DNA of 64,000 nt from Squalus acanthias (lineage: Eukaryota): the NCBI GenBank assembly GCA_030390025.1, contig CM059431.1, positions 123,072,001-123,136,000 on the forward strand. The letters run 5' to 3'. Of the stretch, positions 11,764-23,482 are shown piece by piece (positions within the stretch are counted from its first letter, which is position 1; the number at the start of each line of letters is the position of its first letter). The notes under the pieces were generated by a model. The model had not been told where the DNA came from, searched no databases, and worked only from the letters and a program-made list of their open reading frames with translations. The position numbers were made by a program, and so were the translations under genes.

Positions 11764-12525
11764 GGCCCAGAAATTAAACAGTGAGTGTTCGCGCGGGGGT
11801 AAGGCGTCCCCGCGATATCTCACTCCGCGCCTACCTTTTTCCTCCGGGCCCACACGAACTTTAGTTTCAAGGCCAGCCCCACCTGCAGCTGTGCAGTGCT
11901 TGCGTGACCCAGAGACGCAATTAGTTCGTGCGAGCTCTGGGATCACGTGATTCAGTTAGAGCCAATGGCAGCACACCATCTTTCATTCATAGTTTTCACA
12001 GCAAGAGCTGTCAAAGCTATGAATCCTACACACCCCCAAAAGAACAGCTAAACCTCAATTAAATTTTAAAAAAGCCATCACATTAATAAAATAAGTATAG
12101 TTAAATAAATTAACCACTTTAAACAAAAAATTAAATTTTTGAAAAAATTTAAAATCTTTTTAAAAGTTATAAAAATAAACTTACCTTTCTTTAAAGTCTC
12201 TAAAAAAGATAAACCTGTTGAAAAAAATTTAAAATAATACTTAATTAACTATTTACCTTGTTAAAAGAGGGTCTTACGCCTCCTTTCTTCATGTGTAAAA
12301 TCTTCCATGCTTACCTGCGTGTTCAAAGCTGCAAAAATAACTAAGTGCACTGCGTGCGCGCAGCCTGTAGCGCGCACGCGGTTCACTTAGGAACCGGCCC
12401 CTTTTGAATTCACGAAGTGCCGGTTTCCCGCGCATGCGCAGTGCATGCAGGAAACCGGCAATTGGAGACCTAAAACGCGAGAGTACACAGTGCGTACTCT
12501 CGCTATTAGGTATAATTTTCGGGCC
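11764..12525. mobile_element. Harbinger MITE with AT-rich core
   Basis: TIR GGCCCAGAAATT / AATTTTCGGGCC; TSD ATT/ATT; inverted homolog of 45049-45789. Confidence 0.9.
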
Positions 12526-13472
12526 ATTAGGTTTTTTTTCTCCAGTGTACTGAGCCACCAAGTCGTGTCAAAAATATATTTATATATTTTCTCTCTATTA
12601 AATATGGCAGGCCTCATTTTTGTGTGTAAATTAGCCTTTTCTATTTCCCTTGCTATGTCAAAATGTATATACAGCTTCTGTTTATGCAACATACTTCTAA
12701 GAGATGCTTTGATACAACAAAATTAGACCAGTCAGCTTTAATTTACTTGTAGGAAATATTACTTAGTGCTCCAGACATATTTCATGCTAGGTTCATTACT
12801 GTGTGATTGTTTATGTTGAATAATCTTTTGATGTACGACACCATTAAAATAAGGAGGACATAATTATCATTTGATGTAATGGTGATGCAACTGTTACATA
12901 ATCATATAATCAGTTATGTGCGTCATGTATTCAAGTATGAGTAGTTGGAGAGGAGTTTGATAACCCATTTTAATTGACTGGCATGTCTCACGACTGAAAA
13001 CGTCAGAAACATTTACTAATAAAAGATCTTATTAGTGATACGTAGTTATATTCAATTTAAATAATTGCTGACATTTAAGTTATCAGCAATGATGATGTGC
13101 TCTGGAGGATAGCTTTGTCCATTTTCAACCTTTTAAAGAGTTTTTAAACAGCCTCAACTATAAATGCTTGACTTAAGTAATGACTTGCTGTCTGCAGTGT
13201 TGTGCAAATTTTATGCTGCTGCAGGTACCAGATGGTAAAACTAAGTTTTGGGTGAGTTGCTGGTGGGAAAGATGCACTACAGGACAACTGGCCGACCTGT
13301 ACCGTACCAACTGTTCCCCCTCTGAATTTCTGGGTTGGGATCTAATTGAACATTTAAAATTGTTTTCTACACGGTAGAGTGTAATTTTGTAGCACTGCCA
13401 CAACTATTTAATAGGGTGGGAAGCAATTTCTGAAAGAGTAAATTCTGAAAGAAAGTTATTTATTACCTACAA

Positions 13473-13700
13473 ATGCAATTCTCCAAAAGATCTCCAAAGT
13501 TCACAGACACAGCGCTGGAGGTACTGCGGCTAGAAGTAGATGTAAGAAAAAGTGACGAGTTTGACACAGCAGGTCACCTTCCTCAGAGGAGATCCATTCA
13601 GAATACCGAGCAGGAGGTCATCAATGCTTTCTCCCACCATCAGATCATTTGGATAAAATGTTAAACAAAATGGCAGATAAGGAAAGCCTTATGAAGGTAA
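13473..13700 (+). pseudogene. Old Harbinger Myb/SANT exon 1 remnant
   Basis: KRSPKFTDTALEVLRLEVDVRK...VINAFSHHQIIWIKC*TKW followed by an AAG|GTAAGA donor. Confidence 0.6.
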
Positions 13701-14060
13701 GACTTCCAATCAGTTCATGAAATAAATTAGAAGTCTCAAGTTTGTATACCATAAAATGTTTCCTCTCAAACAGCTACACAATTTCTGCCGGCCTCTGCAA
13801 AGCAATCAGACAACTTTACGCCTCTTTGAAGGCTTGCGATACATGGCCATATTATGGCACCTCATACATATATGATGCAATTTAAATCTGAAAAGTCTAG
13901 TCACAAAGATATCTTAAAAAAATGTCATACCAAAACTTCTTCAAACAAAGTCTATGTTAACTTACTCGTGCATACAATGGGATGGAGGATGGGTGGGTGT
14001 TACTCTATCCATCCAATTTGGGCCCACTGCCTCGCATCATTAGCATTTACAAAGGACAAA

Positions 14061-16165
14061 GGGCTAGAAATTAATCGACTTACCGACACTCCGTAGCGCA
14101 ATAAAATGGTGAAAAAATGGCAGCGGCCGCTCTTTCGCCAGCTGGTGGCATATCCTGCGGTGGCCGCCATATTCCTCTCCCCATTTGTGCTGCCGGTATC
14201 TGGCAATGCCCTGGAAAAAAAATGGCGGCATGGTGACGTCAATCGGCGTGCAACGCCGACTTAACATCACCAACACGAACATCGACCCTAGTGCTGGCGT
14301 GCAAGCAGGCTGACAGTGGCGATGTCTGCAGCTCTTAAAGGGACACACACATAATTCAGGTAAGTTTGAATTTAAGGGGGGAATTTTTTGGGGGGTCAGG
14401 GAGCGCGTTTGGTGGCGGGTCAGCTGGGAAAAATGTTTTCTTGACAGCGGGTAGGGAACCTGCTGTCAACCCGCCTCCAAGTTAGTCTTCCAGATGGCGG
14501 GTCTGTCATCGCTGACCAAGCGGCAAGGGAGGCAATTTAGAGTGTTAAGAGCTTGTTAACACGCACTTAAAAACTATTTTAAGCTCATCTTTAGATTTTT
14601 AGAGTTCGCCAACAGCTTCCCCGCTGCTCGGGGATCACGTCAGGTAAGGAGGTCGGGTGTTGTGTTGGCATGTGCTGATTTCTTAACTTGACAGTTTCAA
14701 ATGGTCCATAAAAGCTCCCATTTCATAGGTGTTCACTTTCCAAAGTTAGAAGCTGTTGCTTACTGCATTTGGAAGACAGATTGAGCTTTATGCAGCTTAT
14801 AAGTGTTTGGAGCTATCTCTCTATCCAATGTCACCTCATTGGAACAACCTCTCTCACCACTGACAGTTCGCTTCTGTCATGTCAACCTCACCTGCCATCT
14901 ATTCCATCAGCATTGGTGCCTTTAAAAAAATCTCACCTTGGTCCTCAGAATCCCACCATGATCAGCTTCAACACCAGCAGCACCAGGCACACCAGCATCA
15001 GGCACACCAGCAGCATCAACAACAACACCAACCTTCTCCATAATCAACTGATGCTGCACAGGACAGAGGGCATCAGCACCCGACTACATTGCTGCCCGGG
15101 AGGCCAGGGATGGCCTCACCATGGCCAGGTTTACTTCACTTGATGCTGTACACCCTGGCTGCCACATGATGTGCCAAGTTGGCACCACCCCACGCCAAGA
15201 CCATAAAGCATCCTTACAATGTCCAAGCCATTCCTTTCACACTCATCAGCATTGCGGGGGGTACCCGTTATGTAACATCATTCACTGCAACTCACTAAGC
15301 CACTTCCAAAGGTGCATAGAAATCTGTCCAAGAATGCAAAGTGTTTAAAATAAAGATTTCAATGTTTTACAGCACATTAATAGAAACTTCACATGAACAT
15401 TGGCTAAAACACCCAAGTGCCTACCCTTGTGTGTCGTTAGTTGGTATGCTTGGACTAGGATGAGGGTGAGTGTGAGGGGTGGCTAGTGAGATGGGGATGT
15501 GATAATGTAGATAGAGAGAGATGGGTAGAGGTGCAAGGTAAGTTGGTGTGAGTAAGGATGTGCAAGAGTAGGGTAGGGAAGGCAGAGTGATGGGGATGTG
15601 ATGAGTGGCACAGGAGGATGAGGTTGAGTGTGGCTTTGCAGTAATGTTTCATGATCTACTGAGATCATTGAAAGGTTTGCGCCACTGCAGCCTGGTCCTC
15701 CTGACGAGATCCCTGCTTGTGTCCTCCTGTGCAATGTGCAACCAGGCTGCGTTGGTCTCCTGGGAGGTCTCTTCTGCCCATGGGAAGGTACGAGCACCTC
15801 CTTGTTTTCTGTGACTCCCTCCATAAGCATATGGAGGGAGTCATGAGAGAGCCTGGGTGCAGCCGTGCACCTTTGTGCAGTGCTTGTCAGTATGTGCAGC
15901 AACTCAATGCTGTAGAATACTGACAGCACAACTGTCAAAATGAATGTGGACATGGCCCCTTTAAGGAAACCAGCTGCTGATGCATCATCAGATGATGTCA
16001 TCAGACCCGCTTCCTTTTAATTGGCCAGGAACCTCGCTGGGTGGGCTTAACAAACCCAATCATCGGAAAGTCATTTCGGAGGCTGGGCTTGAGACAGCAG
16101 CGGGGCCGAGATCCGCCAACAAGGTCACCCGCCACGGACCCGCCGAGGTTCGTAAAATCACAGCC
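14061..16165. mobile_element. Composite Harbinger derivative: Myb exon 1 on minus (about 15650-15870), transposase remnants on plus
   Basis: Ends GGGCTAGAAATT... / ...GTAAAATCACAGCC; minus PRLSHDSLHMLMEGVTENKEVLVPSHGQKRPP...RRTRLQWRKPFNDL. Confidence 0.7.
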
Positions 16166-16400
16166 AACATTTCAGGTCGATGACCTTTCATCGGAATTGG
16201 AAGATTTTGAGATGAAGAGCTTTTAAGCAAATAGAGGCAGGAAAAAGGCGAGCAGTAAAGTGATAGGCTGGAGAGCAGGAGTGATTAAATGACAAAGGTG
16301 TGATGGTGCAAGTCAAAATGTGGCGATAATGAGACAAGTATAGAAACAAAAGATGGGTCAAAAGGATGTGTAAATGGTTAGAGCAGAATAGCAGAGGGGA
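16166..16400 (-). mobile_element. Penelope 3' fragment with a mutated hammerhead core
   Basis: Minus CCGATGAAAGGTCATCGACCTGAAATGTT; purine-rich continuation like 20375-20500. Confidence 0.7.
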
Positions 16401-16409
16401 AGGGAAGCA

Positions 16410-17245
16410 TGGAAAATCTGACAAAGAGAAGGGTCCCTTGGCCTGGGAATATGGCGGAAAAAAGGCAGGAAGACCACAGGGGTGCAGACCACCCCACTGG
16501 CTCTAATTCTGCCGCAACAAGTGACATGGTCATTGACTGGCTGCTGAAGCGCAGCCTTCTCACTCACTGCTCCTCTGTCATGTTGAAGTATGACATCCTG
16601 ATGCAAAACACCTGCAAGCTATAAGGTCCCCATTTGCCCTGTCTCCTTTGCCATCTTCTTTGAGCAGGTGTGTGCTGCCGTGCTTTCTGCTGCTGCTGTG
16701 GCAGCCTCAATGGTAATCGCAACAACATTCCCATCTTTTCCAGTATTCTAGCAGCCAGTGGCATGGCAGAGTACAGCTGTAGTAGAGCTGTAAGTCAGCT
16801 ATACAACAGTATGATAGACCTTCCAAACTCAGCCAAAGCAGCTAAAAAAATGACTCAAAAAAATCCCCAGCACCCAAAAATGACTTGGCAGAGAATTATC
16901 TTGAAGGACGTGGGGATCCCTTTAAATAGCGCTGCTTTAGCCTGCTTCCTGAGAGTTTGTACCATGTTTTTCTGGACGAGTTTAAGAATGAGTGAATCAA
17001 ATGCGCACATGCACCATTTCCCAAAAGGTCCTAAGACAAGCACACGACCCCAGTTTAAATATTTTAACGTGCCCAGCGATCATTTCAGGCAGCCGCCAGG
17101 GTTGCCTAAGGAGCACATTAACCAATATGGCAGTGGTCTTATTTCATGTGTATATCTAGCGGAGGACATTCCAGAGCAAAATTGGAAAGTGGAACGCCAA
17201 ATTCATGGCCAAAAAATGGGTGATGCGCAAATGAATTTCTACTCC
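16410..17245 (-). mobile_element. Harbinger transposase 5' remnant plus upstream region
   Basis: PYSLQVFCIRMSYFNMTEEQ*VRRLRFS, the same N-terminal motif as at 10132-10536. Confidence 0.65.
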
Positions 17246-18635
17246 AGTAACTTCTGGCTTATGGGACACAAATTTCTATAAACACATAGGAGCGATTTTA
17301 ACGTAGCGCCTAAAATGAGCATGAAATCAGCAGAGTGGCCACTCCATCTGCCCGTTTGTACCCATGTGGGGCCCAAGCCATTTTTAGGCCCGGCTTCATT
17401 ACCATGATGCCAACAAGCTACAGGCGCCAAGTGGGTGCCTTTCCGCAGTTTGCCAATTCTGGGAGGTTGGGAAATCAGCCAGCATCCATGTTGAGCCAGC
17501 CTGCAAATCCAGCCGCGGGGTGGGGGGATGGTGGGTGAGGGAAATGATCCTCGGGATGGAGGGGGGCCATCGGACAGACCAGCAGTGGGTCTGAGTCTTT
17601 TCGGGGCTCAGGAGGAGCACTCTTGCATCTCCTGAGTCCAAGAACGAAAAAAATTCCAAGTTTCCTGGGTCATTTTATGAGTGGCCTCCAGCGGTCCACA
17701 CCTTTGTATCTGAAAATTGCAATCACAGCCCTAGAACTGATGTAAGAGTCCAATTTACATATTTAAACAACCGCCTCCCACCTGTTTCAGGTGGGCAGGC
17801 TGCTTACCCATTCACAGACCTGCCTAAAAAATGCATTAGACGAGCCTTGAATGTTATTGAGTCAGCCATGGTGTCTTTTTCCCCCCGATTTTCAATTGCT
17901 AACCACCCGTTTTACAGCCAATAAACAGTTGGTCAGCAGTTGAAAATTGGCCTCATAGACTTTGAAAATAATATTGTTTATTATTCCCAATGGAATAAAG
18001 CATTAAAAATTATTAATCACATGAACATCTACTCCACAGTTTTCAGTACAGTGGCAATTTCATTTTGCTGTCAGTTCTATGTATGTATTTATTAACTTAT
18101 GCATATCTATTTATCTTTCAATTAAAAAAAAATGTTTGTTTAGTATTTGCCCTTGTCTGCACATTATTTTGTGTTATCTGATTTGTCACTGCTAACCACA
18201 TAACTGTTAATGCATTTTTGGGCAGGGATCAAATAGATGCCAACTAAACCTTTCCTCAGGTGACAGCTCCACCATTTTAATAGCAGCCGATAAGTGGGTA
18301 TTGATGACCTCAACTTATGTTTGCCTCCCACCCTTGCCTCACTCTGCCTCCCAGCCTCCCTGAAACATGAGCAGCCTCAGGTGAAGAGCCACCTCTACTG
18401 TCTTTCCCCACGTAAATGTAGCCCAGGCCTATCCAAACACTACCGTGAGGTTATCCTCCCCATTTCCTCAACCTTGGGCAGCGTCAAGTGTGGAGCCACC
18501 TGTACTGTGGTGAGTGTATGGCAGTGATGGTGGATTACCTCAAATGTTCAGATTGATAGCTAATAACAGCAACGGATATGTTACAAAACAACTGCTTATG
18601 CAATGAAGCTCACCTAGAATTAATATGCACCCTTA

Positions 18636-19460
18636 ACAACAACAATAATGTGCATTTTTTTACGTAATAAAACATCGCAAGGCACTTCACAGGAGTGTAA
18701 TCAGACAAAAATTGACACTGAACCAAATTAGGAGGTATTAGGATGGGTGACTAAAAGCTTGGTGAAAGAGATAGGTTTCAAGCTGCCTCTTAAAGGAGGA
18801 GAGAGAGATGGTGAGGCGGAGAGGTTTAAGGAGGGCATTCTAGAGCTCTGGGCTTAGACTGCTGATTGCATGGATGGCAATGTTGGGGCAAAGGGAGTGG
18901 GGGTTGGACAAGAGGCCAGAGTTAGAGGAATGTAGAGTTCTTGAAAGTTTATAATGATGGAGGAGGTTACAGAGATAGGGAGGGGTGAGGCCATGGACGG
19001 ATTGTAACACACGGATGAGAATTTTAAAATCGAGGCATTGGTGGACCAGGAGCCAATGTAGGTAATCGAGCACAGGGGTGATAAGTGAATGGGACTTGGT
19101 GCGAGTTAAGATACGGGCGGAAGTGTTTTAGATGAGCTTAAGTTTATCAATAATGGAAGATGGGAGAGCATTGGAATGGTCGAGTCTACAGGTAACAAAA
19201 GCATAGATGAGGATTTACGCAGCAGATAGGTCAAGGCAGGGGTGGAGATAGATAACATTACGGAGGTGGAAGTAGGTGGTCTTTGCGATGGGGAGGATAT
19301 GGGGTCAGAAGCTCAGCTCAGGCTCAAATGCCAAGGTTGCAAACAGTCTGGTTCAGCCTCAGACAGTGGCCAGCGCAAAGGATGGAATCAGTGGCTCGGG
19401 AACGGAGTTCGTGGCTGGGGCCAAAGACAACTGCTTCACCCTTCCCAATGTTAATTGGAG
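18636..19460 (-). mobile_element. L2 LINE 3' fragment
   Basis: LHWLLVHQCLDFKILI...HGLTPPYLCNLL; (GTT)n tail at 18636; antisense homolog of 5600-8960. Confidence 0.9.
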
Positions 19461-20007
19461 GAAATTCTTTTTCACAGGAAGCTCAGTTGCAACCATTTTG
19501 CGGGGCTGCAGGAGCTGGATTTTAACACATTTTTTGTTAGCTTTATGTTTCAGCCCTTTTTTGTAAGATGAGTAGCATATAAATCATCAGATAGGAAATA
19601 TAATCTCACTGATACACTCAAAGAAAAAGCAAATTTTACAAGCAATAATTTCACCATTAAGACCAACAAAGTTGAATTTCAAAGAAAACTGATTTCCCGA
19701 ATCCAGTATCATTGCATGAGATGGTTATTGTCTTTATTTTCATTGTTCTTTGCATCTTATTTTCAAGATGGGTTAGTGGGTACAATGCACCCCTTTCAAG
19801 CTAAGACTAGGTTTCTGAGATCCTGGACACAAGAAAATCGAGAGAGGGAATCAATCATTCACCCCTTCAAAGCTGCTCCATCCAGAATCAATGTGTCATT
19901 ATTCTATTACGATCGCAAAATACTGCAGATGCTGGAAATCCGAAATAACAACAGAAAACGCTGGAAAAACTCAGCAGGCCAGGCAGCATCCGTGGAGAGA
20001 GAAAGAG

Positions 20008-20044
20008 AGTTGACGTTTCAGGTCGATGACCTTTCATCAGAACT
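20008..20044 (-). ncRNA. Minimal type I hammerhead ribozyme motif
   Basis: AGUU-CUGAUGA-A-AGGUC-AUC-GACCU-GAAA-CG-UC-AACU: both conserved boxes, 5-bp stem II, 4-bp stem I, GUC triplet, palindromic ACGU stem III. Confidence 0.8.
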
Positions 20045-20335
20045 GGGAAGAGCTGGAAATCAAATAGATTGTCATTATTCTATCATGGACTTCCATCTCA
20101 CACCACATTTTGAGTTCTTGCTGAGCTAATGGAGGTTTTGCCCCAACTGAGTTCTGGACTTGTTAAATTCAAGCTTATTATTTAAATTAGGAGTATGTGA
20201 ATATTGGAGCAGCTGAATCCAAATCCAGATAGAGTTTACAATAGCAAAATATATGGATGCTGGAAATCTGAAATAACAACATAAAAAGCTGGAAACACTC
20301 AGCAGGCCAGGCAGCATCCGTGGAGAGAGAAACAG

Positions 20336-20372
20336 AGTTAACGTTTCAGGTTTGGGACCCTTCATCAGAACT
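20336..20372 (-). ncRNA. Minimal type I hammerhead ribozyme motif (second copy)
   Basis: AGUU-CUGAUGA-A-GGGU-CCCAA-ACCU-GAAA-CG-UU-AACU; GUU triplet. Confidence 0.7.
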
Positions 20373-20519
20373 GGAAAAATCTGGAGATATAACAGATTTT
20401 AAGCAGGTGCAGAGACAGGGAGAGTGGGAAGGGGGGGGGTGGGAGGGGAAGAAGGAACTGAGGAAAATTCTGTGCTAAGGTAGGAGGCAGGAAAGATAAA
20501 GGGCTCGATTTTGCCAAGG

Positions 20520-23232
20520 TGAAGGGATAATTACTAGTCCCAGCGCCTTTTGGGCTACCCCGGATCAGGCGTATTCCCCAGACGTTCACCTTCAACTAAA
20601 GTTAGAGCTAGCCGAATCCTAAAGACGCTTAATTGGGTCTAAAGGTCCAGACTATCTCTCCCTAAAGGAAAGGAACAGCCTGAAGATGTTACCGTCCTCC
20701 ATATAGCACTTTTAATAGGTTTAGCTAGACTGTAACCTTCCGGATATTATGAGGGTCCGGAAAACTCCCCCAGAATTCTGCAACTCCTCACCAAAGAGTG
20801 TACAGAGATTGAGTTTGCGAGTTTGATACAGAAGTACTATGTGAGACAATTCTAAAAATATATAGATTTATTAAATAACCGACATGTGTAAGATTCTCAA
20901 AATTCACAGATCCCCCTAACTCTCAGAAAAAAACCCTAAGGAAAAAGACTTTGGACTTTTTCTAGCTATTACAGGGTGGTGAAGTGCATTGGGCCTAACC
21001 GAAGAACTTTTGAGCAAAAACCAAGATTTGGTACTTTTAAAACATGTCTGGGCTTGTCAGGGAGAAAAGGCTGTGAAGGAAGGTGGGCTCAACCTCTGTA
21101 AAAACAGTTTGGGTATTGGAGCTAATGGGAACTGTCTGGGGAACCGCATGATCTCGCTGGAAGTTTAAATCTGCCCCTATCAGACATTAGCATCCTAACA
21201 ATAAACCCGAGGAGAACAGTCTCCACCCCAAGCTACAGAGCCCATTAAGATATGCATAAAACAAATTACTTCGGCTTACCCTATAGAAATCATAGGCCTG
21301 GCCAAGAAAACCCAAAACATAAGAACAATCAAACTCCGATTAAGTGGCACATCAACGGGATGGGGCCATCCCGGAATCACTTCACACCTTAACAAACCAG
21401 TTACTGTTAATGAGCCCGCCAAAACTAACAAAGACCGTGACCTGATTTGGCGTGCAGATAAGGAACCTTCAATGGGTATAATTGAAGGCCTGTTCTCAAC
21501 CTGAAAAAGAAGAAGAGGAAGAAAGAACAAGAAGACATCAACGGAGGCATTCTCCGCAACACAGTTCTAAAACCAACACCGTTCAGCATTCCGTGTCCAG
21601 CCAGGAGGTCGACAGCTTGAAGGCCAGACCATCCAACAAAGTAGGCTGATACGAGAAGAAGCCAGAACGACCGCCTCAGTGACCATCGGACACCTCGCGG
21701 CAACAAGGCCCTCACAAAACAGCCAACCAAACACCAAGTACCAGTATTCAGGTCACCGCGACCAAAGAAAACCAACTCGAAGAAAAACCGAAGACCGGCA
21801 AAATTTCCACTCTACAATCCACTCCTGACTTACCCCTGGGTAAGATTTTCCCTTAAAAAACTCTAAATCCTACTTCTAAACTAAAGAAAAGTGGGTACTC
21901 ACCTGATAAATCCAATACGCACCCTTCCGCATCAGCGGACTCGCGAAGACTGACCAGATACGCAGTTGAAGTCCTCTACTGCGTACGGGGTACGGCAGAC
22001 ACCAACCGACATATTGAGTGAACCCCAAAACCGCAAACTAACCTAACTGTCAAGGATTCTGGTGAGTATCATCCCTGGTTCTCCAGAGCCCAACCTAGCT
22101 AGTAAAGTGAGATTGGGAGGGGTGAAGTATTCTTTTAATGTTATTTCCCTCGCTTGTACCGAAGTGTTCCCCACTTTTAGAGTGTTAAGAGTGTTTGTGT
22201 TATGTTTTACTTTCTTAAATAAAAATCAAAGTTCTTGCATCAAACCCAGTTGTCTGCTGCACTTTTTGTCACAACCCCCAAATAAGTCCAACAGTTGGTG
22301 TTTCAATCGCAACATTAACAGTTCCAAATACAAAAGCTTACAATTCTTATTAACAGAGATCCTTATTCTCAAATCTTAACTTCGTTACATTTTTACATTT
22401 CTTAGTCTTATTCCAGGATATCTACCAAAATCAAATACAAGTACCTTGATCCCCAAGACTCAAAGCGTTGAAGACTTACAGAGCTTGCCTCTGAAGCCGG
22501 AGAATCGCTTTGCCCCTTACAGTGAATCTGTCTTCCCATTTGAAACTTCAATTTTTACACCCTTTCTCAGTGTTATTTCCTTTGAAGTTTTCTGCTGATG
22601 TAAGCTAATTTTCTCTAGTCATTTTTCTGTTGACCCCTGCTATTTTTACAGTCAGTTCAGCGGGTAGCAAGCAGACTTGTGTCTCTACCTTTGGGTGTTT
22701 CAAGTTCAACACAAAAACAATGTGACGGGTGGTGCCTCCCCCACTTGATGCCATTCTTACCAAGGTCTTCTGTTTGTATCTTTTGCATTTAGAACACCTC
22801 AACCGGATGCACCATTGTCTTCTGAGTTACCTCAACTGGTTGCATTAAGAATTATGTCTGCTGTGTAGGTGTCTCAAGCTTATCATAAAAAATAGTTTAA
22901 CAGCAGTGGTTCTATTTGATGTCATTTTTACGAAGGCATATGTTTCTTTAATTTTCTGTGTTTCATTTCAAAGTGTTGGTTTAAGACACCTTAACTGGGT
23001 ATACCATTGTGTTCTTTCCAATGCTGCAGACTTTCAGGAACCTCCAACCTTCTGTTTCAATAAGGCTATCGTTTCAGTGTCAACAACTTATCTTACCTCA
23101 AAAGCCTGTATGCTGTTCACAGCTTTAGATTGTTGAGGCTTCCAGATTTTCAAGCCCAGTTTGTCATGTTTTAATAAAGTCAGAATTCTTTTATAGGATG
23201 GTGTATTTTTCTGAATATGGCGTATTCCTTCA
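20520..23232. mobile_element. LTR-like insertion (TG...CA) carrying a nested second LTR
   Basis: Termini TGAAGG...CCTTCA; flanks CAAGG/CAAGT; interrupts the Harbinger left end just after the TIR. Confidence 0.6.
20887..22291 (+). mobile_element. Solo LTR (family of 38712-39646), 3' end truncated
   Basis: Starts TGTAAGATTCTCAAAATTCACAGATCCCC like 38712; shares GGTGAG.AT.ATCCCTG and AATAAAA...CACAACCCC.AAATAAGTCCAA. Confidence 0.7.
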
Positions 23233-23482
23233 CAAGTGTGGGCGGGCTGGGGCGTATCAGGACCCCGACTCCTAAGTGAAGTGTTGAAAAAGTGGATTTT
23301 CCCCTAATTGGGCAATTGATTTCCTGCGTGTGGGAACCCCTGGCCCAATGAGTCCTTTCATACAGAAAGTCGCCTCTGATGATGTCATCAATGCTGCTGG
23401 ATTTAAGGCCTGCAAGCAGCCTTGCTTCTTCTGGAGATTGCAAATGCTTTGCAAATTTTATGAAGGAGTTGATTTCCCGACA

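Larger units (their letters stand above)
19914..20500 (-). mobile_element. Two tandem Penelope terminal repeats (19914-20060 and 20243-20500)
   Basis: Direct repeat of GCAAAATA...GATGCTGGAAATC...CTCAGCAGGCCAGGCAGCATCCGTGGAGAGAGAAA...CGTTTCAGG...TTCATCAGAACTGG; linked across Harbinger A to an ORF C-terminus at 26530-26612. Confidence 0.8.

Noticed and set aside
12780..13130. Conserved non-coding enhancers (also 43750-44200 and 48540-48760)
   Set aside because: AT-rich sequence with homeobox-like words, but conservation cannot be judged without alignments.
16670..17281. 203-aa ORF as a gene
   Set aside because: Antisense to a Harbinger transposase start and leader; no recognisable protein features.
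22383..22389. CGTTACA as the 3' end of the inner LTR
   Set aside because: No TSD match to CATG, and similarity to the other LTR copies stops near 22291.
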